Origin: Candidatus Latescibacterota bacterium
GTDB lineage: Bacteria > Latescibacterota > CBDEFO01
NCBI GenBank assembly: GCA_965248755.1
Contig: OZ252149.1
Location: 4,128,001-4,192,000 of the forward strand
Reading direction: 5' to 3'
DNA length: 64,000 bases
The notes beneath the pieces were generated by a model. It was not told where the DNA came from. It made no database searches and saw only the letters and a list, made by a program, of their open reading frames with translations. Made by a program: the position numbers and the translations under genes. Shown in pieces: positions 10,320 to 20,500 of this stretch (the first letter of the stretch is position 1; each line of letters starts with the position of its first letter).

Positions 10320-10506
10320 CTTTGTATCTTTCTATATAGGAGAAAAATAGAGGAAAGAGAGGCAGTCTGACGGAGATAGGTTCCGCTTCGCGTCTCCTTC
10401 GGGGTTGGAAGTCCTCACACAGTCGCTTTCGCTGGCGATGGAAGTTTAGGGAATCCGGCGGACTCCCTTTTTACTGCCTGCGTCCGCTTGAATCTGCAGG
10501 GGACTA

Positions 10507-10893
10507 TCAGGGGCTACTGTCCACTTGTTTGGGTGAGGCGACGCAGAAAAACCCTAAGGGCTCATCGCCGATGCTCTCAATCTGGTGTGGCTCGTTGGGG
10601 CCAATATAGATTACATCTCCGAATCCGACCTCTTTTTTTTCTCCGCCTACGAGGATCCTCGCTTTTCCTTGAACTATAAGCACTCCGTGGTCGTGCGAAT
10701 GTCGGTCGAAGGAAGTCCGCCCGCCGGGTTCTACTTCGTAATATCGGAAGGTAAAATTATGAGCCCCCTCTTGCGGGCCTATGAAGGAGAGCTTAGTACC
10801 TCCAACTGCGCCGTCTCCTGTGTAAGGCTCACGATGAACGTCCTCCCAGTCGAACTTTCCGCTTTCGCCTTTGAATCTGTGGATTACTCCCAT
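10507..10893 (-). CDS. Cupin-2 domain protein
   Basis: FTFRYYEVEPGG..RHSHDH..G.VIYIGPNEPHQ. Confidence 0.85.
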   Translation of the reverse strand: MGVIHRFKGESGKFDWEDVHREPYTGDGAVGGTKLSFIGPQEGAHNFTFRYYEVEPGGRTSFDRHSHDHGVLIVQGKARILVGGEKKEVGFGDVIYIGPNEPHQIESIGDEPLGFFCVASPKQVDSSP

Positions 10894-10999
10894 GGTCTCA
10901 TCCTTGTGTCCCTTAAATATAGGGCGACGTGACGTTTACCGATACAAAAACGCGGGGTAAGACCGCCGTGTCATGTTAACGGTATTATTGCTATAACCG

Positions 11000-12022
11000 C
11001 TACAATAAAATAAGCGTCTTGAGAGAATCCCTGGCCTCGGAGGTCTTCCTGTAAGCTTCTTGTGTCTGTTCGATAGGATAGCGGTGGGTGATGAGCTTCT
11101 GGGTGGGGACTATGCCTTTCTCTATCATGTGGAGGGCAGATCTTGTATCGTGGGGTCCGCAGGAGTAACTGCATATAAGGTTTATCTCGTTGAAATAGAG
11201 ATGGTACGGTTCGATATGGAGAATCTCTCCTTCCGGCGTCGGGGTGAAAAGGACAACCGTGCTCCCAAAGCCTGCGCATTCGATCCCTGATTCTATAGCC
11301 GAGATACTCCCAGGCCCGACTATGACCACGTCTGCCATTATCCCATCTGTGTATTCTTGCATTTTGTCTTTGAGGTTGTCTTTGGATACGTCAACGGCGT
11401 GGTCGGCTCCGAACTGGACTGCGCTTTCGAGTCTGAAGGGGACTAAATCGGCGGCGATAACTCTATCTGCTCCGTAGTATCTTGAGAGGATGACGTTCAA
11501 CTGACCCATAAAACCCAGGCCTATAACCAGGACGATATCGCCCTTTTGCACCTTGGCTCTTTTTAAGGCTTTGACAGAGCAGGCTGTGGGTTCTATCAGT
11601 GCTCCATCTTCAAAGGAGAGGCTATCTGGCAGCTTAATTGTATCATTTTGAAGATTTAGCTCGGGGACTTTGACATATTCTGCAATCCCGCCTGGGACTA
11701 TATGGGATCTTCTCCACGTTCTGCACATAGAGAAGTTGCCCCGCATACAGTGCCTGCAATTAAAACAGGGGGCGTGATGATGGATGAAGACCCTATCCCC
11801 CTCCTTGAAGTTCTGGACGTGCTCCCCAACTTCGTCTATGACGCCTGCAGGTTCGTGTCCCAGGACTACAGGAGCCTTGCGGTTGATGTACCATGGCGTC
11901 ACATCGCCGCTGCATATCCCGCAGGTTTTCATCTTTACGAGTGCATCCCCAGGACCGATTTTGGGTATGTCTATTTCCTCTATCCTTACGTCACTGAAGC
12001 TGTGGACTACGGCTGCTTTCAT
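11000..12022 (-). CDS. Zinc-dependent dehydrogenase (L-iditol/threonine dehydrogenase-like)
   Basis: CGICSGD, GHE, CFNCRHC..C, IGLGFMG. Confidence 0.9.
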   Translation of the reverse strand: MKAAVVHSFSDVRIEEIDIPKIGPGDALVKMKTCGICSGDVTPWYINRKAPVVLGHEPAGVIDEVGEHVQNFKEGDRVFIHHHAPCFNCRHCMRGNFSMCRTWRRSHIVPGGIAEYVKVPELNLQNDTIKLPDSLSFEDGALIEPTACSVKALKRAKVQKGDIVLVIGLGFMGQLNVILSRYYGADRVIAADLVPFRLESAVQFGADHAVDVSKDNLKDKMQEYTDGIMADVVIVGPGSISAIESGIECAGFGSTVVLFTPTPEGEILHIEPYHLYFNEINLICSYSCGPHDTRSALHMIEKGIVPTQKLITHRYPIEQTQEAYRKTSEARDSLKTLILL

Positions 12023-12131
12023 CTATGAGATATTTAACTATAGTCAGGGATGGCAAGCGATGCACTGTCTGGCCTCAATTGAGTCCACAATAGATGTAAT
12101 TGGGGATCGAGGGCTACTGTTTGCTCTCTAC

Positions 12132-13160
12132 TTATAAGGTGGTCAGGGCGAATTTAACAGATTCGCCCTCCATCAAAAGCTGAAATGCCTTATTCAACTC
12201 TGTAAAAGGTAGTTCGTCCGTGATGAGTTTCTGGACGTCGAGTCTCTTCTCCACTAAATACCCGGCGGCCTTCTTAACAGCAACTCTTGTATAGTGAAAG
12301 GCGCCCTTGAGGGTGATCTGATCGTAGTGGAGTCTGGTTGTATCGAAGGAGACTGTTGTTCCTTTGGGACATCCTCCGAAGAGGACTACTGTGCCGCCCT
12401 TTGAGACCATGTGAATAGACTCTTCCCACACTGAAAGTTGTCCTGTACATTCAAAGACGAGCTCGGCTCCCATTTTACCTGTAAGTTCCATCACCCTTTT
12501 GACAGGATTTTCCACTGCGGCGTCTATGACTTCGTCCGCTCCGAGTTCCTTTGCAAGCTTAAGACGGAGATTCCTCCTGCCTGAGACTATTATCCTCTTT
12601 GCACCCAGGATCTTTGACACCATAATGTGCATCAGTCCGATGGCGCCTGCACCTATGATAAGAACTGTATCGTCGCTGTTTATTTCAACCTGGTCTATGC
12701 CGTTGACGACGCAAGCGAGGGGTTCTACCATAGCTGATTCAGCATATGAGAGATGGTCAGGCTTTTCAAACATTGTGTGCTTTACAATGCGCTCCGGAAC
12801 TTTTATGTACTCTGCATAGGCTCCCAAGGCTTTGGTCGTCATTATCGTCTCGCAGAGGTTTTCCAATCCAATCTTGCAGTAGTGGCACTCTAAACAGGGA
12901 GCCGAATGAACTGCCATTATCTGATCTCCCACCTTGAAGCCGTTTACTCCGTTCCCCGCTTCATAGATGTCGCCTGAAAATTCGTGTCCAAAGAGCGTGG
13001 GCATAGGCATCTTGGGATGGCCTCTTTTAAAGGCTTTAAGGTCTGTCCCACAGGTCAGAGCGGATTTTATCTTCACCACGACTTCTCCGAAGCCCGGCTT
13101 GGGTGTCTCCACTTCTCTTAGTTCTATGTGACCTGGCTTTACGAGTATATTTGCTAACAA
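12132..13160 (-). CDS. Zinc-dependent dehydrogenase (MDR family)
   Basis: TCGTDLK, GHE, CLECHYC..C, IGAGAIG. Confidence 0.9.
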   Translation of the reverse strand: MLANILVKPGHIELREVETPKPGFGEVVVKIKSALTCGTDLKAFKRGHPKMPMPTLFGHEFSGDIYEAGNGVNGFKVGDQIMAVHSAPCLECHYCKIGLENLCETIMTTKALGAYAEYIKVPERIVKHTMFEKPDHLSYAESAMVEPLACVVNGIDQVEINSDDTVLIIGAGAIGLMHIMVSKILGAKRIIVSGRRNLRLKLAKELGADEVIDAAVENPVKRVMELTGKMGAELVFECTGQLSVWEESIHMVSKGGTVVLFGGCPKGTTVSFDTTRLHYDQITLKGAFHYTRVAVKKAAGYLVEKRLDVQKLITDELPFTELNKAFQLLMEGESVKFALTTL

Positions 13161-13238
13161 ATCTTAATCCCTTTCTTTTTTCCCCAAAAAGTTCTTCGCT
13201 TTTGGGGGGGGTCCTACCTTCGCGCTGCTGATTTGAGA

Positions 13239-13673
13239 CTATGTCGGCTGCTTTAGAACCTCTCTAACTCTATTGAAAGTTGAAGTGATGTCCTCCAGGT
13301 TATATGACGAGCCCAATGTCGGATCCGAGATGATGCTACCGTTTAAGATGGCAGCGGGAACAGGAAAGATCATAAAGATAGTCTTTAATGCGTCTCTTAG
13401 GGGGGGGCTGAATTTCAGAACGTCCCTGAGGAGCTTGGGCATAAGGTATAGCTGGTTCCTGGGGTCTACATATGTAATATCTAGATGATCTATGCCGATG
13501 TCTTCTTTGATTTTCATGTAGAGATCTCCCATAATCTCCTGTCCCTTTCTGCTGTCTTCAAACACGCAGTTTCCCCTCTGCCATACCGTGTCACCTTCCA
13601 ATTTGCCGCAGCATCCGCTCCCCGTCAACTGTTCAGGAATTTCGCGTATTAAGATTAAAGAGGATTTTGACAT
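13239..13673 (-). CDS. Hypothetical protein with GSGCCG motif
   Basis: 144-aa ORF behind a promoter, heading a same-strand gene run. Confidence 0.65.
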   Translation of the reverse strand: MSKSSLILIREIPEQLTGSGCCGKLEGDTVWQRGNCVFEDSRKGQEIMGDLYMKIKEDIGIDHLDITYVDPRNQLYLMPKLLRDVLKFSPPLRDALKTIFMIFPVPAAILNGSIISDPTLGSSYNLEDITSTFNRVREVLKQPT

Positions 13674-13709
13674 TGTCTTATTGGTCTGTTTAGGGACCGT
13701 TGTAAATTT

Positions 13710-13794
13710 AATTTAGATCAAAAGTGTTGCTTTGTCAAGGATAAAGCCAAAACTTGGGATTGCGCTTGACGTTGGGACTGTGGAATAGTAGATT
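13710..13794. promoter_or_regulatory. Divergent sigma70-like promoters
   Basis: Minus TTGACA-17-TAAATT (13738-13710); plus TTGACG-17-TAGATT (13766-13794). Confidence 0.6.
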
Positions 13795-13875
13795 CATGGG
13801 GTGTACTGTTGAAGGTTCGCGGTAGGGATGGGTAGGGCCGCCCTGTCTACAGTTTGATGGCTACTGATCTAAGAG

Positions 13876-14946
13876 GTGATACTATTGTCCAGGGGACAGC
13901 TTCTGCGTATAGATGGATCGTACGGGGAGGGCGGAGGGCAGATCCTGAGGACTGCCTTTGCTCTTTCGGCTATATTGGGGCGACCAGTTGAGGTCACAAA
14001 GATAAGAGCCGGCCGAAAAAAGCCGGGGCTTATGGCTCAGCATCTTACGGGAGTGCGCGCTGTAGCTCGTGTATGCAATGGGAAACTAGAGGGGGCGGAG
14101 TTGTTCTCCCAGAGGGTCTGTCTGTTCCCGGGTGATACTGAAGCCGGAAGGTATGAGTTTGATGTGTCAGAAGTAAGAGAAAGCGCAGGCTCGACGGGCA
14201 TGATATTTCAATCTTTAGCTCCGATCTTGGCTCATGCGGACGCCTCTTCGCACATCGTCTTGAAAGGGGGTACTCACACAAGGTGGGCACCTCCGATTGA
14301 CTACATAAGGGATGTCTTTCTGCCTTCGGCGGAGCGGATGGGGTTCAAAGCAAAAATAGCGATAGCAAGGTGGGGGTGGTATCCGCAGGGAGGCGGCATA
14401 GTCGAGTGCGACATCCAGCCTGCGGACTCCCTGAGAGCGATAGATTTTATGGATAGGGGTAACCTTATGCGAATAAGGGGAATATCTGCCGTCTCGAATC
14501 TTCCTATGAATATAGCGCATCGTCAAAAGGAGCAGGTCGGAAGGAGGTTGAACGATAAGGGCTTAGACGCGGAAATGAATGCTATGGAGGTGCCGTCTGT
14601 GGGGAAAGGGACTTTCGTTAAGGTGATAGCGGAGTTTGAAGGTGCTGTGTGCGGCTTCAGTTCACTGGGCGAAAGAGGAAAGCGGGCTGAACAGGTGGCT
14701 GATGAGGCGATAGATCAATTCTTACAGCACTACGACACAGGTGAAGCTTTAGACCCTCATCTTTCGGATCAACTCATCCCCTGGATAGCTCTTGCAAAGG
14801 GCTGTTCCAAGTTTACTACGTCGAAGCTTACACGGCATCTGTTAACCAACATCTGGGTTGTGGAACAGTTTCTGCCTGTGCAGTTCAGAGTAGATGGAGA
14901 ATTGGGGAGTCCCGGAGGAATTGAGGTGCAGGGGGTTGGGTTATAG
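13876..14946 (+). CDS. rtcA: RNA 3'-terminal phosphate cyclase
   Basis: IDGSYGEGGGQILRTA, RKKPGLMAQH, GGTH, GWYPQGGG, DPHLSDQL. Confidence 0.95.
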   Translation: MILLSRGQLLRIDGSYGEGGGQILRTAFALSAILGRPVEVTKIRAGRKKPGLMAQHLTGVRAVARVCNGKLEGAELFSQRVCLFPGDTEAGRYEFDVSEVRESAGSTGMIFQSLAPILAHADASSHIVLKGGTHTRWAPPIDYIRDVFLPSAERMGFKAKIAIARWGWYPQGGGIVECDIQPADSLRAIDFMDRGNLMRIRGISAVSNLPMNIAHRQKEQVGRRLNDKGLDAEMNAMEVPSVGKGTFVKVIAEFEGAVCGFSSLGERGKRAEQVADEAIDQFLQHYDTGEALDPHLSDQLIPWIALAKGCSKFTTSKLTRHLLTNIWVVEQFLPVQFRVDGELGSPGGIEVQGVGL

Positions 14947-14960
14947 GTTAAAGCGGGGGA

Positions 14961-15203
14961 TTATGCTACTTCCTTGATAGTCAATTCGATACCATCGATC
15001 ACAGGTAGGGATAGATTTCTATAAACCCGAAATAGAATACACTCTTCGAGCACTTCTTCGAGTTCTTCCCGACAGTCTTCGAGATTGCCGGAAGTGGCAT
15101 ACACGCCGTTACATTCTGGAATCTCCCCGTAGTACTTGCCTTCATCTGGTAGAATCTCGTAATGGGCGTGCTGCATAGCTGTCTTTATATATCTCGTTAG
15201 CAT
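14961..15203 (-). CDS. HicB-family antitoxin-like protein
   Basis: MLTRYIKTAM..YEIL..YYGEIPEC.GVYA...LEDCREELEEVLE. Confidence 0.8.
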   Translation of the reverse strand: MLTRYIKTAMQHAHYEILPDEGKYYGEIPECNGVYATSGNLEDCREELEEVLEECILFRVYRNLSLPVIDGIELTIKEVA

Positions 15204-15253
15204 AGTTATCTTCCCCTACAAAAACGATAAGGGTGTCTTGGTCATGAAATCGG

Positions 15254-15412
15254 CTACACTTCTTCTGACATCATCGAATGATAGGCATCTTTGATATGTT
15301 CTTCAAGTTCATCTATTGTTTCCCCCTGGCTAAATACGCCCGGCACTTCCTTAAGCTTACCGACGTACCAGCCATCATCTGTCCAATATTCAAGTGTGAA
15401 GTGTCTTAACAT
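15254..15412 (-). CDS. Second HicB-family protein, 52 aa, possibly truncated (not in ORF track)
   Basis: MLRHFTLEYWTDDGWYVGKLKEVPGVFSQGETIDELEEHIKDAY. Confidence 0.75.
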   Translation of the reverse strand: MLRHFTLEYWTDDGWYVGKLKEVPGVFSQGETIDELEEHIKDAYHSMMSEEV

Positions 15413-15503
15413 AGTCGGTGCATCTCCGACTGGTTTTCAACCTATGGACAACATGGCTAACGAGTGAGTTCAAAGGGTGCATAGCGTTCCGATGCAGCCC
15501 GGC

Positions 15504-16388
15504 TCACATACCGATTGCCCCTTCCCTCATATAAAAATCCAGAGTCACCGCTATTGATACGTTGCCGTGGATCTCAGAGGGTGTAAGCGCGGCGTAGGAT
15601 AGTCTCATCTCTTTAGGCTGTGTTTGCCTCAGGTAGTCGAAAAACTCGCTTGCCTGATCGTAGCTCCCACTAGCCCACAGTCTCTGTTCGAGTTTAGGAA
15701 CGTAACTCTGTGGGGATATTCTTTTCTCTTCGCCAGTGAAGTTCAGACCTATCTCTGCGCCCTTTTTCTGAATCGCCTTGTCCAGGGATACGAAACCGGC
15801 CACTGTCAAAGAGCGATCTTCCGAATATCTTTCCGGTTCGGGTATCAAAGATGCGGACCCCCAGATCGAGAAGTTCAAAGCACCCCTTTGCGTCCCCTTT
15901 GGCATCGACATCTGTGCACTGTGCTTAGGGAGTCCTTTTTTCAAGGACGCCAGGAGTTCTTTTGCATTCTTAGGTGCCGGGGAAGATCCCTGGATAAAGT
16001 AATCTCCTGTGTAATTAACAGTTACCGAATTAATCTGAACGAGCGGGAACACCATCGCCCCCTTGACCTGCACAAGAACCTCCAGACATACGTCTTTCCC
16101 TCCGAAAAGTTCTTGGATGGCGAGTATCTTCTCCTTTTCTGCAGGCGGTACTCCCTCTTTGGAAGTCTCTGGGATTGCCGCTGTCAGTTGTTCTGTTGCT
16201 GATTTCTTCTCAAATATCCCTTTGGCGGTCGCGGCTATCATGCGTATCTCACCCTTAAGCTTTGACCTGAAAAAATAACCTCCGCTGCCTACTGCCGCTA
16301 CTACCACAACTGCTGTGATTAAGAGGATCCAGCTTTTGCCTCCGCCCGTCTTTGGAGGCTTCTTTTGAAGAAGGTTTATCCTAATCAT
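15504..16388 (-). CDS. PilN-like pilus alignment protein, possibly with a PilO-like C-terminal domain
   Basis: MIRINLL (INLL motif), single TM, ATGA overlap with pilM; C-terminal SGSYDQASEFFDYL. Confidence 0.7.
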   Translation of the reverse strand: MIRINLLQKKPPKTGGGKSWILLITAVVVVAAVGSGGYFFRSKLKGEIRMIAATAKGIFEKKSATEQLTAAIPETSKEGVPPAEKEKILAIQELFGGKDVCLEVLVQVKGAMVFPLVQINSVTVNYTGDYFIQGSSPAPKNAKELLASLKKGLPKHSAQMSMPKGTQRGALNFSIWGSASLIPEPERYSEDRSLTVAGFVSLDKAIQKKGAEIGLNFTGEEKRISPQSYVPKLEQRLWASGSYDQASEFFDYLRQTQPKEMRLSYAALTPSEIHGNVSIAVTLDFYMREGAIGM

Positions 16389-17332
16389 TTTTCCTGGAGC
16401 CCCCTGTACGCTAATCCAGCGCAAATACAAAAGACCTCGCCTCTGTCCAAGAGGTATTGATCATTCTCGGGGAGGGACGACACGTCTAATCCCCCGAATG
16501 GGTCTAAGATCTGTGGTGTGACTCCCAAATGCGCTTCCACAGCTTGAATTAATCTGTCTTCCTTGCCTTTATCTCCTCCTAATGCTACTTCGTCAATATG
16601 CGGCCTCTGCGGCTGCCCCTCTTCATCGTAGATATAGGAGGACGTAACGGCTCTTTTGATCCTCCTCGCTAGAAAGTTTTCCGGTTCTGTCTGACCTTCG
16701 CCGTTTTTCCCCTTCATATCTATTATCCCTGCTGATACAGGATTGCCGTTCTTAAACGCCGCAAAGCTTGCCACTTTCGATTCAACGGAGATCACAACTC
16801 CTAACTTATCCTCGTTAAAGAGGGTTATCACTTCTGCCAGGTTGAATAGGGCAAACGGATCTATATCCACCGCTTTTAGCTTGACGCCGGCCTTGGAACA
16901 TAAGTCCATATACGTATCTATCACTTCTGTTCTGGCTCCGACAAGGAAACCATCTGCACCTGCGTCGTAGAAGTCTATTATATAATCTTCTACGCCCGAA
17001 GTCAACGACTGCTCCATCTCCCATCTCACCTGCTCCTCCAGATGTTTGCCTTTCCCTTCAAGCGGAGCCTTCTTCAACGTTATGAAGCTCCCATCTATTG
17101 AAACCACACACCTGGATGTATCTATGTGATGCGTCTCGGACATCGAAGCTATAGCTTCTGCTATCTGTGTCTTTATTCTATCGTCCAGCATATCCGGTGG
17201 CTTAAAGTCCGATGGCAATTGAGAATATCCCAGCCCCATCAAGACTGTTGCCTCCTTTTGCTTCTGTATCTCCATCATTCTGAGCGTCCCGCCGCAGATA
17301 TGAATTCCGGTTGCTCCTTTAGCCTTAGCCAC
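16385..17332 (-). CDS. pilM: Type IV pilus assembly protein PilM-like
   Basis: Actin-fold pattern: GIHI, EQVRWE, YIIDF, AVDIDPFAL, ILDPF, ICAGLAYRG. Confidence 0.75.
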   Translation of the reverse strand: MAKAKGATGIHICGGTLRMMEIQKQKEATVLMGLGYSQLPSDFKPPDMLDDRIKTQIAEAIASMSETHHIDTSRCVVSIDGSFITLKKAPLEGKGKHLEEQVRWEMEQSLTSGVEDYIIDFYDAGADGFLVGARTEVIDTYMDLCSKAGVKLKAVDIDPFALFNLAEVITLFNEDKLGVVISVESKVASFAAFKNGNPVSAGIIDMKGKNGEGQTEPENFLARRIKRAVTSSYIYDEEGQPQRPHIDEVALGGDKGKEDRLIQAVEAHLGVTPQILDPFGGLDVSSLPENDQYLLDRGEVFCICAGLAYRGLQEK

Positions 17333-17374
17333 AGTTTTGTCTCCTTAACTTTGGCTTGTAATGCCATGGTCTAC

Positions 17375-17560
17375 GAGATTCCTTCGTCCACTTCGTGGCA
17401 AGCCCTCGATTGAATCTTTCGGGGGCAAGCTGCCTCCCCAGCAAAGCGGCCACGCCGCCTCGCAATGACATTGTCTGGCTGCGATCTTAGTCATTGCTAA
17501 GGGTGAAACACGGAAGGAATCCCCTATCTATTGGGCGTGGTAACCTCGCCCCTGCCTACT
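17375..17560. repeat. Composite palindromic repeat cluster including 21-bp hairpin at 17404-17424
   Basis: gagattccttcg..CCTCGATTGAATCTTTCGGGG..caaagcggccac..cgcaatgac. Confidence 0.75.
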
Positions 17561-17571
17561 ATCTGCTGACT

Positions 17572-20500
17572 TTAGTCGAATCTTATCTCCGCCCAGAATC
17601 CTAGCTCTCTGATCTTCCGAGTCCTTTTACTGATATTATTAAACGTGTTTCCGACTTCTATCTTGGATCCCCCAGTCAGCTTTCGACTGAACTTGTAACT
17701 GGAATTGAACACAAGCGTCCAGCTGTTCTGATCCCTCCTTGGAACAGACCCCCTACGAATAGACCCCTCCGATAAAGGCAATTTGTTTTCCTCCTTAGTC
17801 CGACTCTTTGTGAACTTGAGCGTCATATCCACATCGCTTTTTAATTTTACCTTTTTCCCAAAGAAGGGTATTCCCCTGGAGGTACTGATCGAATAGTCCA
17901 AAGAAAAGTCCAGCGAATTTTTGGTAGTCTCTGTGCTACCCCTTTCCCTCCCGCCGGTAAAGTCCGTCCTAAAAGACCGGCTATTTGTGCTTTTGAGCGT
18001 CGTTCTAAGCTTATTTTTCCACCTTGTAGTCCACGCAAAGAGAGGAGAAAAGTCAGAAGTTGCTGTCTTCCCTCTCAGTTTAGCTATATCCAGACCTCCG
18101 TCTCCGTTCCATGAATTAACCCTTTTATACTTAAAATCCAAATTGGAGCTTGTGGCAACACGCTTTAAAAGGGGCATCTTTGCTAAACCGTTCCACCTGC
18201 TGCTTAAAGAGGGAAAGGTCACCTTCTTGGTGTGTCTCGGCTCTCTGTTGGCTATGTCCGATACGCTCCTGTCGTATCCGTAGTCTGTCTTTACGCTTAT
18301 TCCTGAGAAGAGTTTAATTCCGCTGTTGGCGTTTATTCTGTCCGAAATCGTCTTGGAGTCACTCTGAGATACTCCGGAAAGATTTGCGCCCTCTACTTTC
18401 GGATCCTCTGTGAATCCCAACTGATAGGACAAGCTGGGGCGTTCTTCGAGACCGAACTTTCTAAAGCTTCTCTTTTTAGTGTAACTGCCGCTTACGGGAC
18501 TCAATCTTCCTCCTAAAGCGGCTATAAGATCCAAAAGAGATGTCCCATTTCCCTCAGAAGCTCTTTCGATGCTTGCTGGGGATACCTTTCCTTTTTTATC
18601 TTCTTCTTTTGAGAGGGTGCCTTTTCCTTTATCTTTGGATTTCTTTTTGATATTGCCTATCGCTTTAAAAAAGGAAGGAAGCTGGAGTGTGAACTTTCCG
18701 GAGATGGAATTTTCGTTGTTTATGTCCCTTCCGGACTGCCCTGCACGCCTTGTCTTAGGATCGTTATTTTCCTTGTATCTGGCGTTGTAGCCGTAGTTCT
18801 GGCCGAGCCACTTTATCCAGTTCAGCTTCAGGTCAACGCGCACGTTTTGAGATCTTCCTATCTCATCTCCGAACTTGAATTTCCCTATATCCAGATTCCC
18901 CTCAAGGTCCTTTTTACGGTTTAGGGAATAATCGGACGACAGGCTCTTAAATGGATCGAACTTGGCTCTGTAATCTTCTACCATGATGAAGTTATCGTCC
19001 TTTGTCTCTCTTCTGTTTCTACGGTTTTGATCAACAGTTGACCTGAACCGCTTGTTTTTATTTGTCTTATTTGAGTAGGAGAATGACGATGGAAAGTAGC
19101 GAAACTTGCTTTCCGAGAAGAAATCGGGCAGAAACGCCGATGTCCATCCCAAAAGTTTTATTGCACTGTCGCTCCTTGGGGATAGATCGTACTTAAACGA
19201 CCCGGAAAGGGATTCATTTAAAGTAGAGTCTCTGGGCGATATTCCGTCCTCGATTGTGCTGTTGAACGTAGCCGATGCGCGATCTATTGTGTACTTGATG
19301 AACGGATTTTTGGACTCCTTTTTGCGGAAGGATATATTGATGTTCTTGCGTGTCCTTTCCGTCCGTTCATCCATCTTTTCCTCGATTCTTAATATTACAT
19401 CAGATCCGGGCTTCAATCTCGGAAGCGAAAGACTGTTGTTCCACGATACTCGAAGTGGCAGCGATACTCCCCAGTTGTTCGGAAAGAACCTGTCCAGGTT
19501 CGCGTCGCCTCTGAGATTGATATTCCTCCGAGTGCTACCTGATCCCCGTTCGCTTCGCAGCGTCCTGAAGTTGTCCTCCTGCCAGCTAAGACTTGTGCTT
19601 ATGTCCATAAAATCTGCAAATCCTGCGTTTATCTGAAGCCGCGCTGCTGTTCCCTTTTCGCGTCTGACATCATCCAGACGCAGTTCATCAACCCATACCT
19701 CGCCTGTTATATCCTCTGTCCCTCTGTTGATCAGGCCTACAGTCAAAAGCTTTATGTTCGAGAGTGCGGGATTTCCCCTGACTCTGTGCATCTTCCCGTC
19801 CACCGTGGTATCTATGTATGTTGGTACATGCTGGCTATCTGCGCGAGCAGCTGCCTGCGCATCCAGGAGGTCTCCTTTCAGTCCGGACATAAGCTTAAGG
19901 TCTATGTCTACCTCGTTCCTTGTGTCCCATACGTCACCGGAGAATACCTTCGTCCTGTATTCGTAATAGTTTGTCGTATCGGCTCCAAACCTGATGAAAA
20001 GTTCAACAGTGCTCGTATCGGGTCGGAAACTATGCCCCTGTCCGTTGACGAACATCTTCAGTCTACCGTACTCAGTATAACTTTCCTTTCTGAAGAGGAC
20101 CTTGTTTGCTGATACCTCTTGGCCTGGCTCGATATTTTCAAACTTCAACACCAGGGATTGTTCCCTTTCTCGGACGCCGCTTGTCCTATCGACCTGCCTT
20201 GATTCCTTCTCAACCGGAGAGATGTAGTCCTTGTTTTGATCTGTACTCTTGATAGAGACGTCGAGCTTTTGATCGCCAAGCAGCTCCTGGCTCTCTAACC
20301 ATTCGTTTCCGGCTATCTCTATGGATGCAATAGAGATCTCTGTTCTACTGTCAACCCCTGTTACCCAAAGACGTACGTATTCTATACGCGTCGAATCGGG
20401 CGCGGCGTTTTGGGACCTTATTTGGGGCGAATCCCACAGCGGGACCCTGAAGAGTCTCCAGCCGTTGCTATATGTGTCTTCAACCAAAAATGGAATAGGA

